Shown here: positions 1 through 10,615 of the stretch, in pieces
Layout: each line of letters begins with the position of its first letter
Numbering within the stretch: position 1 is the first letter of the stretch
Translations under genes and position numbers: made by a program
Notes under the pieces: model-generated
Database searches by the model: none
Told to the model about the DNA's origin: nothing
What the model saw: only the letters and a program-made list of their open reading frames with translations
Source of the DNA: an uncultured archaeon
Lineage (GTDB): Archaea > Asgardarchaeota > Lokiarchaeia > Sigyniarchaeales > SOKP01
Length of the DNA: 64,000 nucleotides
Reading direction: 5' to 3'
Assembly: GCA_964486045.1 (NCBI GenBank)
Contig: CAZALK010000012.1
Location: 64,001 to 128,000 of the forward strand

Positions 1-406
1 GCTTTATAATCAAGGTACTGCATTACTTATTATATCTATATTTTTCTATATTATTGACATTAAGAATAAATCTAATAATTTTTCAAATATGTTGATCTAT
101 TACGGAAAAGTTTCACTAAGTTTATTCTTACTACACTTTGTTTTTATCCCGATATTTAATGCTCAATTTGGTATTATAATTTTCTTAATTTTCGGTCTTT
201 CCTATATTGGTTATATGGGGCTGTTCATGTATCTCTGGATGGAGTTTGCCAAGGGAGTAGGTTCACCCGAATGGTTAATGGTGCAACTAGGACGAATAGG
301 ACAAAAATCTGGGGAAACTGTTAAGAAGACAACTCAAAAAGTTTATAATAGGATTAAGAAGAAGGAGAAAGTTAAAAAGATGGAAGATTTTATGAGAAAA
401 TTATAA
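1..406 (+). CDS. DUF1624/HGSNAT-like membrane acyltransferase, 3' part (5' end outside the window)
   Basis: The frame is open from position 2 (LYNQGTALLIISIFFYIIDIK...YGKVSLSLF...GVGSPEW) and aligns with the C-terminus of the 1850-3112 paralog. Confidence 0.65.
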   Translation, partial: LYNQGTALLIISIFFYIIDIKNKSNNFSNMLIYYGKVSLSLFLLHFVFIPIFNAQFGIIIFLIFGLSYIGYMGLFMYLWMEFAKGVGSPEWLMVQLGRIGQKSGETVKKTTQKVYNRIKKKEKVKKMEDFMRKL

Positions 407-487
407 TGAGACACATCTTTTTTAATTTTTAACATAAATTAAACAAATGGTCCAAACAATTTCTCGATAGAGAACTTTTGATTATCA

Positions 488-1771
488 ATGAACAAAACTA
501 AAATATTTTTTCTTGGAGCTATCGCCATAAATGGAGTTTATCTGCTAATAACCTTTATTTTTTTCTATTTTTTGGATAGTTTCCTGATGAATATTGATAA
601 TAACGACTTTCTATCGTTTTTTAATGCAGGTAAATTTGTTATTGAAGATTTACCTAATTTGTATAATTCGGATCTCTATCTTTTTCCGTTTAGATATCTA
701 CCCCTTTCAGCCTATTTTTTTACACCCTTTTACCTACTCGGGTTAGAATTAGGTTATTTTGTATTTCAAATATTTAATTTTATCCTAAACATCCTCATTG
801 TTTATCTGATCTATAAAATAATTCAACTGTATAAGAATTTAAATAGACCCTCGACTCCTTTCTATGATTTGGAGAATATTAAAAACGTTTTCTCTAAACC
901 GGAAAATAAATCTATATTGCACCAGAGTGTTATTTTTTTAGTTATGGTACCTCAATTTATGAACTATTTCTTAGGACAGATTAATGTAATAGTAACAGTA
1001 TTCATCATTTCTTCGCTTTATTGTTTTTTGAAAGGTGGTAACAAAAATGATTTATTAGGTGGATTTCTAATAGGAGTGGGGATTCTCTTAAAACCAACAT
1101 TAATTCTTATTCTACCGTTTCTCCTTTATTTAAACTATAGTAAAGAAACTAAGAAATTTTCTTTCAAATTTAAAAAAACAGTGATTAGATTGATAGGATC
1201 TATAATTTTAGTAGGAATTTCAGTATTATACTTCTTAATTTTTCCACAAATGTTAGAAGATTTTATTGACGTCAATCTCGCAGGAGAATATACCTATACC
1301 ATTGAGGGTAGTTTGGAAATTAATCCGTCATTTAGTTTAACCAGAATAATTTTAATTCTTTTGAGCATTATTAACATTGATGTTAACGGATTTCTGATTT
1401 TTATAATAATTACCTTACTAATTTTGATCCCCATGTATTTTATCTCCTATAAAAACTCGATACAACCTATTACATTAATTGATGGGTATTTAGTAGGAAT
1501 ATTGGTAATGTTAATTGTCTACTTTGATACATGGCCTCATCATCTTGTAGTATTGGCGCCATTCCTAATTTTCTTCATTCTAATTCATAGAGACTTTGAG
1601 TTTAATAAGTTGTTAAAATATTGCCATTATTTCCTTGCGACGCTAACAGTGTTATTTTGGGGAATCTTTTATTTAACTTATGAAATATTTCCATTTAATG
1701 TTGGTGGATTAATATTGTTAATGCTTACATACTTTCTAATAGCAATTTTTTATAATAAAAACCTAAGGTAA
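488..1771 (+). CDS. GT87/DUF2029-type polytopic membrane glycosyltransferase (GT-C)
   Basis: Multi-TM protein with NDF..F, FRYLP, GQIN and LLKP motifs. Confidence 0.7.
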   Translation: MNKTKIFFLGAIAINGVYLLITFIFFYFLDSFLMNIDNNDFLSFFNAGKFVIEDLPNLYNSDLYLFPFRYLPLSAYFFTPFYLLGLELGYFVFQIFNFILNILIVYLIYKIIQLYKNLNRPSTPFYDLENIKNVFSKPENKSILHQSVIFLVMVPQFMNYFLGQINVIVTVFIISSLYCFLKGGNKNDLLGGFLIGVGILLKPTLILILPFLLYLNYSKETKKFSFKFKKTVIRLIGSIILVGISVLYFLIFPQMLEDFIDVNLAGEYTYTIEGSLEINPSFSLTRIILILLSIINIDVNGFLIFIIITLLILIPMYFISYKNSIQPITLIDGYLVGILVMLIVYFDTWPHHLVVLAPFLIFFILIHRDFEFNKLLKYCHYFLATLTVLFWGIFYLTYEIFPFNVGGLILLMLTYFLIAIFYNKNLR

Positions 1772-1849
1772 ATCTAAAATATTACAATGGGAAGATTTTT
1801 TATATTTTAAAGCTTCAAATAAATAATATGTGCCAGAGTCAGATCAAAT

Positions 1850-3112
1850 ATGTCAACTATGAACGAGAGATATACAAATAATGAAGAGGAAGTAACTTCT
1901 ACCCGAAGAATTGCTTCAATAGATTTCGTAAAAGGACTTGCTTTAGGTTTTATAATTTTTGCTCATGCAGCCTTAAGTTGGTTTGATAGTGATTGGGTAT
2001 TTATATATGGATTTGCTTTTGCTTTATTAGATATACTAGGCCCTTCATTATTCGTTTTTCTTTCTGCTCTTAGTGTAATTTTTAGTATTAAAAGAAAAAA
2101 AATTGCATCATCAAATAAAGCGATACGTAACCGAATTTTTACTAGAGGTTTTGTTATTATTGTAATCGGTGTACTTTTTAATCCAATGTCATTGTTGACA
2201 GCTGGTGAATCTGTACCGTTCCCTGCAAATTTATGGGGTTGGAATATCCTCATGTTTATTGGATTTTCTCAAATTTTTTCATATTATGCATTAAAATTTA
2301 GTAAAATTACGCGTGCAATCGCTGGTTTCATTATAATTTTTATTTCACCTTGGATCAGACAAATTCTCTTTCAATTCAAAAATTCAAATTTCGGAGTGAA
2401 TATCCTACACTTTATTATTACATCACCCCTCCCACAAGTACCATTTCTCCCTTGGATAGCAGTGTGCTTTATATCTACAATATTTGGGGAATACCTTTTT
2501 GAAACAATGCAGAAAGGAACAAAAGAGGCTTATTACAGATTACTTCGGATGTTTGTAACTTATGGTGTTGCTTTAGTGCTAATTGGGCTTTTTATGTGGA
2601 TTCCAAGAATGGGATTAGCTTTAGATCAATGGGAACCTGGATGGGCAATATTAAATCCTACACCAGGGGGAACAATTGAGTATTCCGAGTATTTACATAT
2701 CGATCTTCTACGACTTGCTAATAATAACGTACTAAATTTACCATGGCCAGGAATGCCACTATTCATGATAAGGAGCTCCGCACATAATATGTTTTATAAT
2801 CTCGGTGCCGCTCTTTTAATAATTGCAATAAGTTTTTATTATATTGATATTAAAGAGAGAAAAAATATGTTTATAAAAATGCTAATTTTCTACGGGAAAG
2901 TCTCCTTAAGTCTATTCCTTATTCAATTTTTATTTCTTCCCCTTTTCGGCAGTCAGTTTCCAATTACTTTCGGACCTTTCGTTTTTGCCGCTTATTCTGG
3001 ATTTCTAGGACTATTACTATATATATGGTTGAAATTCTTTAAGGGTGTTGGAACGCCGGAATGGATTATGGGTAAACTCGGAAGTGGAGGGAAAAAGAAG
3101 AATGACATTTGA
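1850..3112 (+). CDS. DUF1624/heparan-alpha-glucosaminide N-acetyltransferase-like membrane protein
   Basis: N-terminal RIASIDFVKGLA...IFAH motif, about 10 TM segments, PFLPW and GKVSLSLF motifs. Confidence 0.7.
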   Translation: MSTMNERYTNNEEEVTSTRRIASIDFVKGLALGFIIFAHAALSWFDSDWVFIYGFAFALLDILGPSLFVFLSALSVIFSIKRKKIASSNKAIRNRIFTRGFVIIVIGVLFNPMSLLTAGESVPFPANLWGWNILMFIGFSQIFSYYALKFSKITRAIAGFIIIFISPWIRQILFQFKNSNFGVNILHFIITSPLPQVPFLPWIAVCFISTIFGEYLFETMQKGTKEAYYRLLRMFVTYGVALVLIGLFMWIPRMGLALDQWEPGWAILNPTPGGTIEYSEYLHIDLLRLANNNVLNLPWPGMPLFMIRSSAHNMFYNLGAALLIIAISFYYIDIKERKNMFIKMLIFYGKVSLSLFLIQFLFLPLFGSQFPITFGPFVFAAYSGFLGLLLYIWLKFFKGVGTPEWIMGKLGSGGKKKNDI

Positions 3113-3310
3113 AAAAGATTTCACTAATTGGAATAAAAAAAATAGAAAAGCTTTATTATAAAGATATAAATATCTTAAAAAGATAATTAAGATTATAATT
3201 AAAGAATTAAATGATATTTAAATTCATTTTACCTTAATGAAATGAAGTATAAATAAAACTAAACTATTAAAAAATTACACCAATTATTTAAAATATCAAG
3301 GAGAATAAAG

Positions 3311-3835
3311 ATGTCAGGGATTGGACAATACAAATTCAAGATAACACTTTTTGGGCCTGGGGGTGTAGGGAAAACAAGTCTATTATTGCGTTATATTAAA
3401 GATTATTTTCGAGAAAGTTTAAAAAAAACAATTGGTAGTACATTTTTAATTAAAGATGTTGATATTGATGGAAAAGGCGTACGCCTTCTACTTTGGGATA
3501 TAGGAGGGCAACCACAGTTTCATAAACTCCGCACTATCTATTTTAAAGGTAGTAATGGCGCGCTTGGGGTGTTTGATGTATCCTCTAGCCAAACTCTATT
3601 AAAAATTCCTGGTTGGATAAGCTCAATTAAGAAAACTGTAAAAAGAACTATACCTATGCTACTTTTAGGTAATAAAGTTGATTTAGAAAGAGAAGTTGAT
3701 AAAATAGAGGCAGAAGATTTAGCTAAGAGATTAGGTTGTGAATACCTTGAGACTTCTGCTAAAACAGGGGTAAATGTAGAAAAGGCATTTGAAATTGTTG
3801 CTAGAGCTTGCCTTCAAGATTCAGGGGAATTATAA
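3311..3835 (+). CDS. Rab-like small GTPase (Ras superfamily)
   Basis: G1 GPGGVGKT, G2 TIG, G3 WDIGGQ, G4 NKVD, G5 ETSAK; GGAG Shine-Dalgarno upstream. Confidence 0.93.
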   Translation: MSGIGQYKFKITLFGPGGVGKTSLLLRYIKDYFRESLKKTIGSTFLIKDVDIDGKGVRLLLWDIGGQPQFHKLRTIYFKGSNGALGVFDVSSSQTLLKIPGWISSIKKTVKRTIPMLLLGNKVDLEREVDKIEAEDLAKRLGCEYLETSAKTGVNVEKAFEIVARACLQDSGEL

Positions 3836-3838
3836 ATA

Positions 3839-4477
3839 TCAAAAAAAATTATCAACATCGAAAATGTGTAATTTTTTAAGTTCCTCAATCAGTTCTTCCT
3901 TATTTATGAATTTTATACCTATTATGCCCAATTCTATAGCTGAACGGATATTTTTTAAGCTATCATCAATAAATACAATCTCTTCAGGAAGGCACCCCAC
4001 CTTTTGGATAACGTATTGAAATATCTTTTTCGTGGGTTTAGTCATATGGATTTCATGAGATAGGATAATTTCATCGAAGTAATCAAAAAAGTCCCACTTT
4101 TTATTTAAAAGATATTTCCAATGACTAGAGTTTATATTTGACAAACAAACAAGTTTTAAATTGTTATTATCTTTTATCTCCTTTATTAATTCAATGATTT
4201 CAGGATTATATCCTGAAATTATGCTATTAAAAGCAGAAAAGAAGTTTTTTTGATTGAGCTCGCAAACTTGAAGTGTAGTAAATGCCAATTGATAAAATTC
4301 CTTATCGCTCATTAGCCCTTGGTGATAAATATCTGATTGGCGAAAAAATTCAAGAATAATTGGAGTTTGAGGTTTGTTTAACGGAGATTGAGTAATAATA
4401 CTACCAAAAAAATTAGAAAAATCAAGATTTACGATAACTCCACCTAAATCAAAAATAATACATTTAATTTTAATCAT
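3839..4477 (-). CDS. HAD-superfamily phosphatase
   Basis: FDLGGV, LSN, KP and FIDD motifs. Confidence 0.9.
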   Translation of the reverse strand: MIKIKCIIFDLGGVIVNLDFSNFFGSIITQSPLNKPQTPIILEFFRQSDIYHQGLMSDKEFYQLAFTTLQVCELNQKNFFSAFNSIISGYNPEIIELIKEIKDNNNLKLVCLSNINSSHWKYLLNKKWDFFDYFDEIILSHEIHMTKPTKKIFQYVIQKVGCLPEEIVFIDDSLKNIRSAIELGIIGIKFINKEELIEELKKLHIFDVDNFF

Positions 4478-6534
4478 TTTCTGAAATAAACCTTTGTAGA
4501 GAATTTCCTAAACGGTTTAGGGAGTTTATATTTAGGAAAATTTCGTGTATCATCTTCAAGCATTTCTAATAATTTATCTAGGTTGACATCATTTGTTTGT
4601 TTGGATGTTTGCTTTTTTGGGCCAATAGGCTCATCAATCAACCTTTTTCTTATTGATATTGTTTGGCTATCTTGTTCTTTCTTACCAAGTATAACTGTAT
4701 AAGGTATCCATTCAATTTCAGATTGTCTTATTTTTTTACCAACGGTTTCTTCTCGGTCATCCCAGTCACATCTATACGATTGCCCATTTATTATATTAAG
4801 AATTCTTGTGGCATAATCACTTTGTTCGTTCGAAACTGTAATAATCCTTACTTGAATAGGAGATAGCCATGTTTTAAACCCAGGTACTAAAGTTTCTTTA
4901 TTTCGGATGGCTGATTCGATTAAGCCCCATAAAACCCTTTCCAACCCTCCTGTAGGAGAATTGTGGAGAATAATTGGATTTTTTATCTGACCGTCGGAAT
5001 CAGTGAAGGATATGTTATACTTTTGTCTTTTTTCTCCATCTGTATCAATCATAAATTCTAATGAACTTTCAACATCAATTTGATTTGTAGCTAATGTAGC
5101 ACTTTTATTCTCAGCAGATAGCACACTCCTTTCAAATTTTAAAATATAATAAGCATATCTTTCTTCCCATAATTCTAATAAGGCTGGCTCTTTCTCAGTT
5201 TTAATTAAATCTATAATCCAGTCTTTATTTTCTTTATAAAAATCTTTGGTAACTCTAAAAATAACATAACTCTTTATTCCCAAATCATTTTCTAAATTTT
5301 TAATCAAGCTATATTGCTTTTTAAACTCTTCAATCGAAGATCCGATATCTTTGCAGAGTGTGTGCATATCGGGCATTATAAATCCCCGCAATCTTCTTAT
5401 GCCTGAGAGCTCTCCCTCTTGTTCACGCCTGAAATCATATTGTTCAAACTCATATACTCTTAGAGGGAAATATTGGGGTTTTAAATTCATTTGAGAGAAT
5501 AGGTCAAATAAAAGGAAATCACTGGCATACCTTAAAATAAACCTATCCTTTCCAGATTCAAGCCAATAACTTCTTGCTGGAAATCGAGCTGTTTGAGCAG
5601 TTAATTTTTTATTTTTAACACTATACATTATTGGGGTATCAATGAGGATTGCCCCATACTCTATTATTCTATCCTCCACAAAATTTTTAATTAGATTTTT
5701 CATGATTACTCCTTTTGTATACCAGCGAAGATTGCCTTTATCACTGTTTTCGTCAAAATCGAGAAGCTCAAACTCTTTCATTACCTTTATGTGAGCAGGC
5801 TCAACTGCTTTATCTACCACCCTAGAACCTAATTCGGATTTTAGAAATAGATTAAAATCTTCATCCTTAATTTCTTTGATGGGTAAAAATTTCTTTAGTT
5901 CATCAAAAATTAAATCAATCTCTTGCCCTGATTGAGTAATCACCTTAAATTTTGAGCTTTTAACTTGTTCTTCAGGTTTAATAGCCAGTTTGATGTCTCT
6001 ATACATCTCAGCTAATTCATGACCTAAACAATTTATTTTGAATGATTTATACCAACCAAAGGGTGAAAATTTTGCTTCAATTCCTTTATCTTGTAAAAAA
6101 CTTGCTATTTTAGGACAGACATCCATTGCATTAACATCCTTACTTAAAAACTTACTTAAGTGAGCCCATGGATAAACTAAGACCTTATCTACTCGGTACA
6201 TACTTTGATCCATGATTAGTTCTATTATTTTTCTTGGCTTTCCCTTTATTACACCGTTCTCAACCTTTTTGTTATAATCTCTAATAAACTCATTCTTCTC
6301 CCTAATAGTATCTGGAAATCCCGAGATTTGTAATATTGCTGTCTCAATTTCCTCAGCCCCCTGTTTTGCAATTAAATTTACATCATAAGTATCTTGATCT
6401 TCAACGGATACATAACAAACCAAGATTAAACCCTGCATTTTTATAAATTTTTCAGAAAACTCTTGAGGATTGGAAGTAGCTTCTTTATTTTTGATAACTT
6501 CGGCATCTTGGGAGTGTATTAACAAGATTTTCAT
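4474..6534 (-). CDS. thrS: Threonine--tRNA ligase (archaeal type)
   Basis: Archaeal editing domain (MKILLIHS, YPWAHLS, PFGWYKSF..C.GH), FRREQ.GEL, MPDMH, GGLER and an anticodon-binding domain. Confidence 0.95.
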   Translation of the reverse strand: MKILLIHSQDAEVIKNKEATSNPQEFSEKFIKMQGLILVCYVSVEDQDTYDVNLIAKQGAEEIETAILQISGFPDTIREKNEFIRDYNKKVENGVIKGKPRKIIELIMDQSMYRVDKVLVYPWAHLSKFLSKDVNAMDVCPKIASFLQDKGIEAKFSPFGWYKSFKINCLGHELAEMYRDIKLAIKPEEQVKSSKFKVITQSGQEIDLIFDELKKFLPIKEIKDEDFNLFLKSELGSRVVDKAVEPAHIKVMKEFELLDFDENSDKGNLRWYTKGVIMKNLIKNFVEDRIIEYGAILIDTPIMYSVKNKKLTAQTARFPARSYWLESGKDRFILRYASDFLLFDLFSQMNLKPQYFPLRVYEFEQYDFRREQEGELSGIRRLRGFIMPDMHTLCKDIGSSIEEFKKQYSLIKNLENDLGIKSYVIFRVTKDFYKENKDWIIDLIKTEKEPALLELWEERYAYYILKFERSVLSAENKSATLATNQIDVESSLEFMIDTDGEKRQKYNISFTDSDGQIKNPIILHNSPTGGLERVLWGLIESAIRNKETLVPGFKTWLSPIQVRIITVSNEQSDYATRILNIINGQSYRCDWDDREETVGKKIRQSEIEWIPYTVILGKKEQDSQTISIRKRLIDEPIGPKKQTSKQTNDVNLDKLLEMLEDDTRNFPKYKLPKPFRKFSTKVYFRK

Positions 6535-6631
6535 ATGAAATCACTTTTTTTGTTTGTTTAATAGTAGTTTTTAATAAATTCTAAATATTTTCCTTCCTTC
6601 TGATATATATTATATACAAAGTTCAAATTAA

Positions 6632-7279
6632 TTGTTACTAAAATTATTCCCGATTATCATGAACCTCAAAAAAGCTTTTGCAGAAATATCTAATTTATTT
6701 GACTCTCTTTATAATAATAGAGAAAAAATTTTACGATTATCTCGTAATATCGTTCGAAATTGTAGTATAGGTATTAAACATATTCATCGGAAAGAATTCA
6801 GTATGTTTCAAGAGAAAAGAAATAGTATTAAACTAGATCTTGAGACTTTAGGAAACCTTGTCAATGTGAATCCTGGTGTGTTTTCAAAATACCTAAAAAC
6901 ACCAGAACAAGAATATACAGAATTAACTGTGTTTTACGCAATTATTAACAGTAAGGAAATCCCCCTACCATCAGATTTGAAAATTAGCCCTATTAATTTT
7001 GCTTTGGGATTAGCAGATGTCATAGGAGAATTAAGAAGATATGCATTAGATAATATTAGAAACTCTCAAACAAATGATTTGAACAAAATTTTAGAAAGTA
7101 TGGACGAAATTTATACTTATTTATTTTCTGTTGATTATCCTGTGGGAGTGACTCAAGATTTAAGACGAAAGGTTGATGTGGCAAGAAATATTATTGAAAA
7201 AACTAGGGGAGATGTCTCTCTTGCCATTCAAATGAATGAGTTAAAGCAATGTTTTGAAAATGAGGAGAAACAGAAGTGA
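6632..7279 (+). CDS. Translin/TRAX-family protein (probable start ATG 6659)
   Basis: QEYTE, GLADVIGELRRYALD and LRRKVD motifs. Confidence 0.88.
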   Translation: MLLKLFPIIMNLKKAFAEISNLFDSLYNNREKILRLSRNIVRNCSIGIKHIHRKEFSMFQEKRNSIKLDLETLGNLVNVNPGVFSKYLKTPEQEYTELTVFYAIINSKEIPLPSDLKISPINFALGLADVIGELRRYALDNIRNSQTNDLNKILESMDEIYTYLFSVDYPVGVTQDLRRKVDVARNIIEKTRGDVSLAIQMNELKQCFENEEKQK

Positions 7280-7722
7280 AAAAACGCGTTCTGATTGCAG
7301 GTTGCTTTGATCTTCTTCATCCAGGGCATGTTTTTTTAATCAGTGAGGCTGCAAAATTAGGGGAAGTTTATGTTATTGTGGCTACTGACAAGAATAGGAA
7401 ATTATATTCTGGAACTTCTCCTATTATACCCCAAGAACAAAGATTGGAGATGATAAAAAGTCTAAAAAATGTAAAGGATGGTAGACTAGGAAGAAGTGAT
7501 AATGATACTCTTAAAACTGTGGAAGAAATATCTCCTGACATTATTCTTTTAGGACCTGACCAAGAATATAGTGTTGAGTTATTACAAAAAGGACTTCAAA
7601 AGAAAGAATTAGATCATATCGAAGTAAGAAGACTTGAAACCTATTATAAAAAATATAAGTTGCATAGCTCAAGTTTAATAAAAAGCAAAATTATTGAAAA
7701 GGGTAAAAATAAATTCAGGTAA
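7276..7722 (+). CDS. ribL: Archaeal FAD synthase (cytidylyltransferase family)
   Basis: GCFDLLHPGH, PDIILLGPDQ and SSSLIK motifs; lies next to ribK. Confidence 0.85.
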   Translation: MKKRVLIAGCFDLLHPGHVFLISEAAKLGEVYVIVATDKNRKLYSGTSPIIPQEQRLEMIKSLKNVKDGRLGRSDNDTLKTVEEISPDIILLGPDQEYSVELLQKGLQKKELDHIEVRRLETYYKKYKLHSSSLIKSKIIEKGKNKFR

Positions 7723-7731
7723 TTTGAAATC

Positions 7732-8442
7732 ATGAAATTTAATACAGAAGTTTCTCAGGAAAATTATGCTAATTGGTTTGCACTTTATCATCTTTGTCAG
7801 AATATAGGAAGCCAGAAAGCTATACATATCAGCAGCACAGAGTTTGGCAAGATTCTAGATTTATCCCAACAAACTGCATCTAGAAGAATAAATAGTTTAG
7901 AAGAAGTCGGCTGGATTCAGAGGAAAATAATCGGAAAAGAGCAAGTAATAAGAATTAAAAAAAAAGGAGCTGACGTAATCCTTGCAATGTATAAAAATTT
8001 AAAGCAAATCTTAGAAGAAATTCTAATCGTTGGGGAAGTTACTGAAGGAATGGGAGAAGGTGGATATTATGTTAGAATCCCAGGTTATTTGGCACAATTC
8101 CAGAAAAATCTTGGGTTTAAACCATATTATGGCACATTAAATATTCAGTTAACTGATCTCAATAAAGAATTATTAGAAGAAAACCAAAAAAATCGAATAC
8201 CCGTTAGAATTGAAGGATTTGAGGATGAGGAAGCAGGACGTACTTATGGAGCTGTAGATTGCTTTAATTGTCTGGTCTCTCGATTAGATAATCAAGATAT
8301 TAAGGTCAATTCTGCAATATTAAAAATTAAAAGAACTCATCATAAAAAGAATATTGTTGAGATCTTAGCAAAAGAATACTTAAGAGATGAGTTACAATTA
8401 AAAGATGGGGATCGATTGAGGATAGAATTTTCTAAGATTTAA
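7732..8442 (+). CDS. ribK: CTP-dependent riboflavin kinase with N-terminal wHTH
   Basis: SQQTASRR HTH; GMGEGGYY, PYYGTLN, RTHH and LRD.L.LKDGD motifs. Confidence 0.92.
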   Translation: MKFNTEVSQENYANWFALYHLCQNIGSQKAIHISSTEFGKILDLSQQTASRRINSLEEVGWIQRKIIGKEQVIRIKKKGADVILAMYKNLKQILEEILIVGEVTEGMGEGGYYVRIPGYLAQFQKNLGFKPYYGTLNIQLTDLNKELLEENQKNRIPVRIEGFEDEEAGRTYGAVDCFNCLVSRLDNQDIKVNSAILKIKRTHHKKNIVEILAKEYLRDELQLKDGDRLRIEFSKI

Positions 8443-8465
8443 TCAATATCGTCTCTTTAAGTTGT

Positions 8466-9089
8466 CTAATGGCCAATCCCTATTTTCTGAATTAAATGAT
8501 AAATTTTTATCACTCTAAAAATAAATGTACCTACTACAAGCCACATAAATAGGAATAGTAATTCATTTACAAAATTCCAATAAAAAGAAATAATCATTGT
8601 AATAACTAGATAAAATAATCTCTCCGACCGTGCCATCAGCCCAATATCAAAATCTCCTTTAAAAAAATTTTCTGCTCGTGCTCTTGTATAACTGATCATC
8701 ATTGAAGCTAAGAGTATGATGAATATTATCAATTTCATATCAATGATATTCCAGAGGAATTTGTTTTGGATATAAATGTACAAACCTATATATATAAATA
8801 ACTCTGAAATTCTGTCCATGACAGAATCAAAAAAACCTCCGAATTTTGTAGATTTCTTAGTCAATCGAGCAATTGCCCCATCACATCCATCCATTATTCC
8901 TGTAATAAACACTAAAATAGAAAATAATAAAAGATTTCCATAAACTCCAATTGAAATACAACTTAAAATCGAAAAACAGAGCATAATAACAGTGGCTAGA
9001 TTTGGTGAAACTCTAAGTTTAACCAAACCCTTTGCAACCATCTTTACAACTGGCTTAAAAATATATCTTACTCGATATTTTGATGACAT
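8466..9089 (-). CDS. CDP-alcohol phosphatidyltransferase (archaetidylinositol-phosphate synthase-like)
   Basis: DGCDGAIAR...FGGFFDSVMDR signature; SYTRARAE. Confidence 0.9.
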   Translation of the reverse strand: MSSKYRVRYIFKPVVKMVAKGLVKLRVSPNLATVIMLCFSILSCISIGVYGNLLLFSILVFITGIMDGCDGAIARLTKKSTKFGGFFDSVMDRISELFIYIGLYIYIQNKFLWNIIDMKLIIFIILLASMMISYTRARAENFFKGDFDIGLMARSERLFYLVITMIISFYWNFVNELLFLFMWLVVGTFIFRVIKIYHLIQKIGIGH

Positions 9090-9242
9090 TTTCTGTAATT
9101 AAAATGGTTATTTCTTACTCTTGAATGAGTTAAATTAAAATATCTTTCACTTTATAAAATAACATAGTTTTTTTATTTTAATTATTTTAAATATATAAAC
9201 AATTCACTTAAACAAGATATATAACAAAGAGATTGAAAATCG

Positions 9243-9548
9243 TTGAAGTTAAGATTAATTTTAAAAACAAAAACTAAGAAAAATAAAGACGTGTGCATTA
9301 AATTCCCAATTAGCCCAAGTAAGCATATTGGCTTTATTAACTTTATAAACTTAGCCTTGAAACAAGAATTATCAGTCGATCTATCTTTTGAAAAAATCTC
9401 AAAAGCAGGTGAACGTGAAGAAAGTAAAATTTTTGGACGATTTAAACTAGAAGGTAAAGAGAATTCCCAATTAAGTGGATTAGAAGAGGAAATTCAAGAA
9501 TCAGGGCGTAAAAGAAAAAAAATCCAGCAAAAACGGAAGCAAAAATAA
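9243..9548 (+). CDS. Hypothetical basic protein
   Basis: 101-codon ORF filling the gap between flanking genes; no recognised motif. Confidence 0.6.
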   Translation: MKLRLILKTKTKKNKDVCIKFPISPSKHIGFINFINLALKQELSVDLSFEKISKAGEREESKIFGRFKLEGKENSQLSGLEEEIQESGRKRKKIQQKRKQK

Positions 9549-9621
9549 AAAGGCTTTTTTCTAATACATCCTGGATTGTTAAACTTATAATTCTCATGTT
9601 TTTTATCGAGGTTCATTTAGA

Positions 9622-10566
9622 GTGAAACGGAAAGTTACAGTAAAGGTTCCAGGTCGGATCTGTCTCATGGGGGACAAGGTTGACTTATTGGGCAAGCCTG
9701 TTATTGGAATGGCTATTAACCTAATGATGACCGTTAGATATGAAGAAAGAGGTGATAACATGATTGAATTCTATAGTCATAACACAAATGAGAGAACTCA
9801 ATTTAAATTAAGTGAAAATCCTCCTCGAAATATTGATCTCTCCTACTGGAGTGTTCTTTATGAGAGATTAAAGGAGTATATTAAAAAAGGATTTTGTATG
9901 GAAGTAGATTCTGATATTCCAATTGGTGCAGGATTATCTACATCAGCAGCACTATCTATTGGCTTTATTAAGGCTATAAATCAAGCGTATAATTTGAGGT
10001 TTAATAACAAAGAAATCGCAGAATTGGCGTATTTAGGAGAGAATTATGATCTAAATATCCAATGTGGTCGTCTTGATCAGTATACCGAAGTATATGGTGG
10101 CATAGTATTCATCCAAACCGACGAAAATCCTAGTGTTGAATATTTGGATGTAGAAGAATTACCTGTAGTAGTTGGAGATTCCATGGAGGAAAGGAAAGCT
10201 TTCTCGATATTAAATAGAGTTAAAAAACAAATTAAAGAGAAAGACGTCATTACTTTAAATGCATTTGAAGTTATAGAAAATTGCGTTTATAAAGCTAGGG
10301 ATGCATTATTAAAAGGAGATTTTAAGCAATTAGGAAAATTAATGAATATTCAACAAGAACAAGAAAGAATTATCAAAACTGACACACAAAAAATTGTAGA
10401 ATTATGCAATGCTTCAATCAATGCTGGAGCTTTAGGAGCAAAACAAATGGGTGCCGGAGGAGGAGGTTGCATAGTTGCCATAGCACCTGGGAAGCAAAAA
10501 GAAGTTGCCTCTGCAATCAGTAAAGCAGGAGGAAAGGCTTGGATCTTTGACATTTATAGGTATTAA
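9622..10566 (+). CDS. GHMP kinase (mevalonate/galactokinase-like)
   Basis: PGRICLMG, IPIGAGLSTSAA, GRLDQ and GAGGGGC motifs. Confidence 0.9.
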   Translation: MKRKVTVKVPGRICLMGDKVDLLGKPVIGMAINLMMTVRYEERGDNMIEFYSHNTNERTQFKLSENPPRNIDLSYWSVLYERLKEYIKKGFCMEVDSDIPIGAGLSTSAALSIGFIKAINQAYNLRFNNKEIAELAYLGENYDLNIQCGRLDQYTEVYGGIVFIQTDENPSVEYLDVEELPVVVGDSMEERKAFSILNRVKKQIKEKDVITLNAFEVIENCVYKARDALLKGDFKQLGKLMNIQQEQERIIKTDTQKIVELCNASINAGALGAKQMGAGGGGCIVAIAPGKQKEVASAISKAGGKAWIFDIYRY

Positions 10567-10615
10567 CATTTATAACATTATTATTAATTCTTTGAGGAAA
10601 TATTCTAAGAAACCA

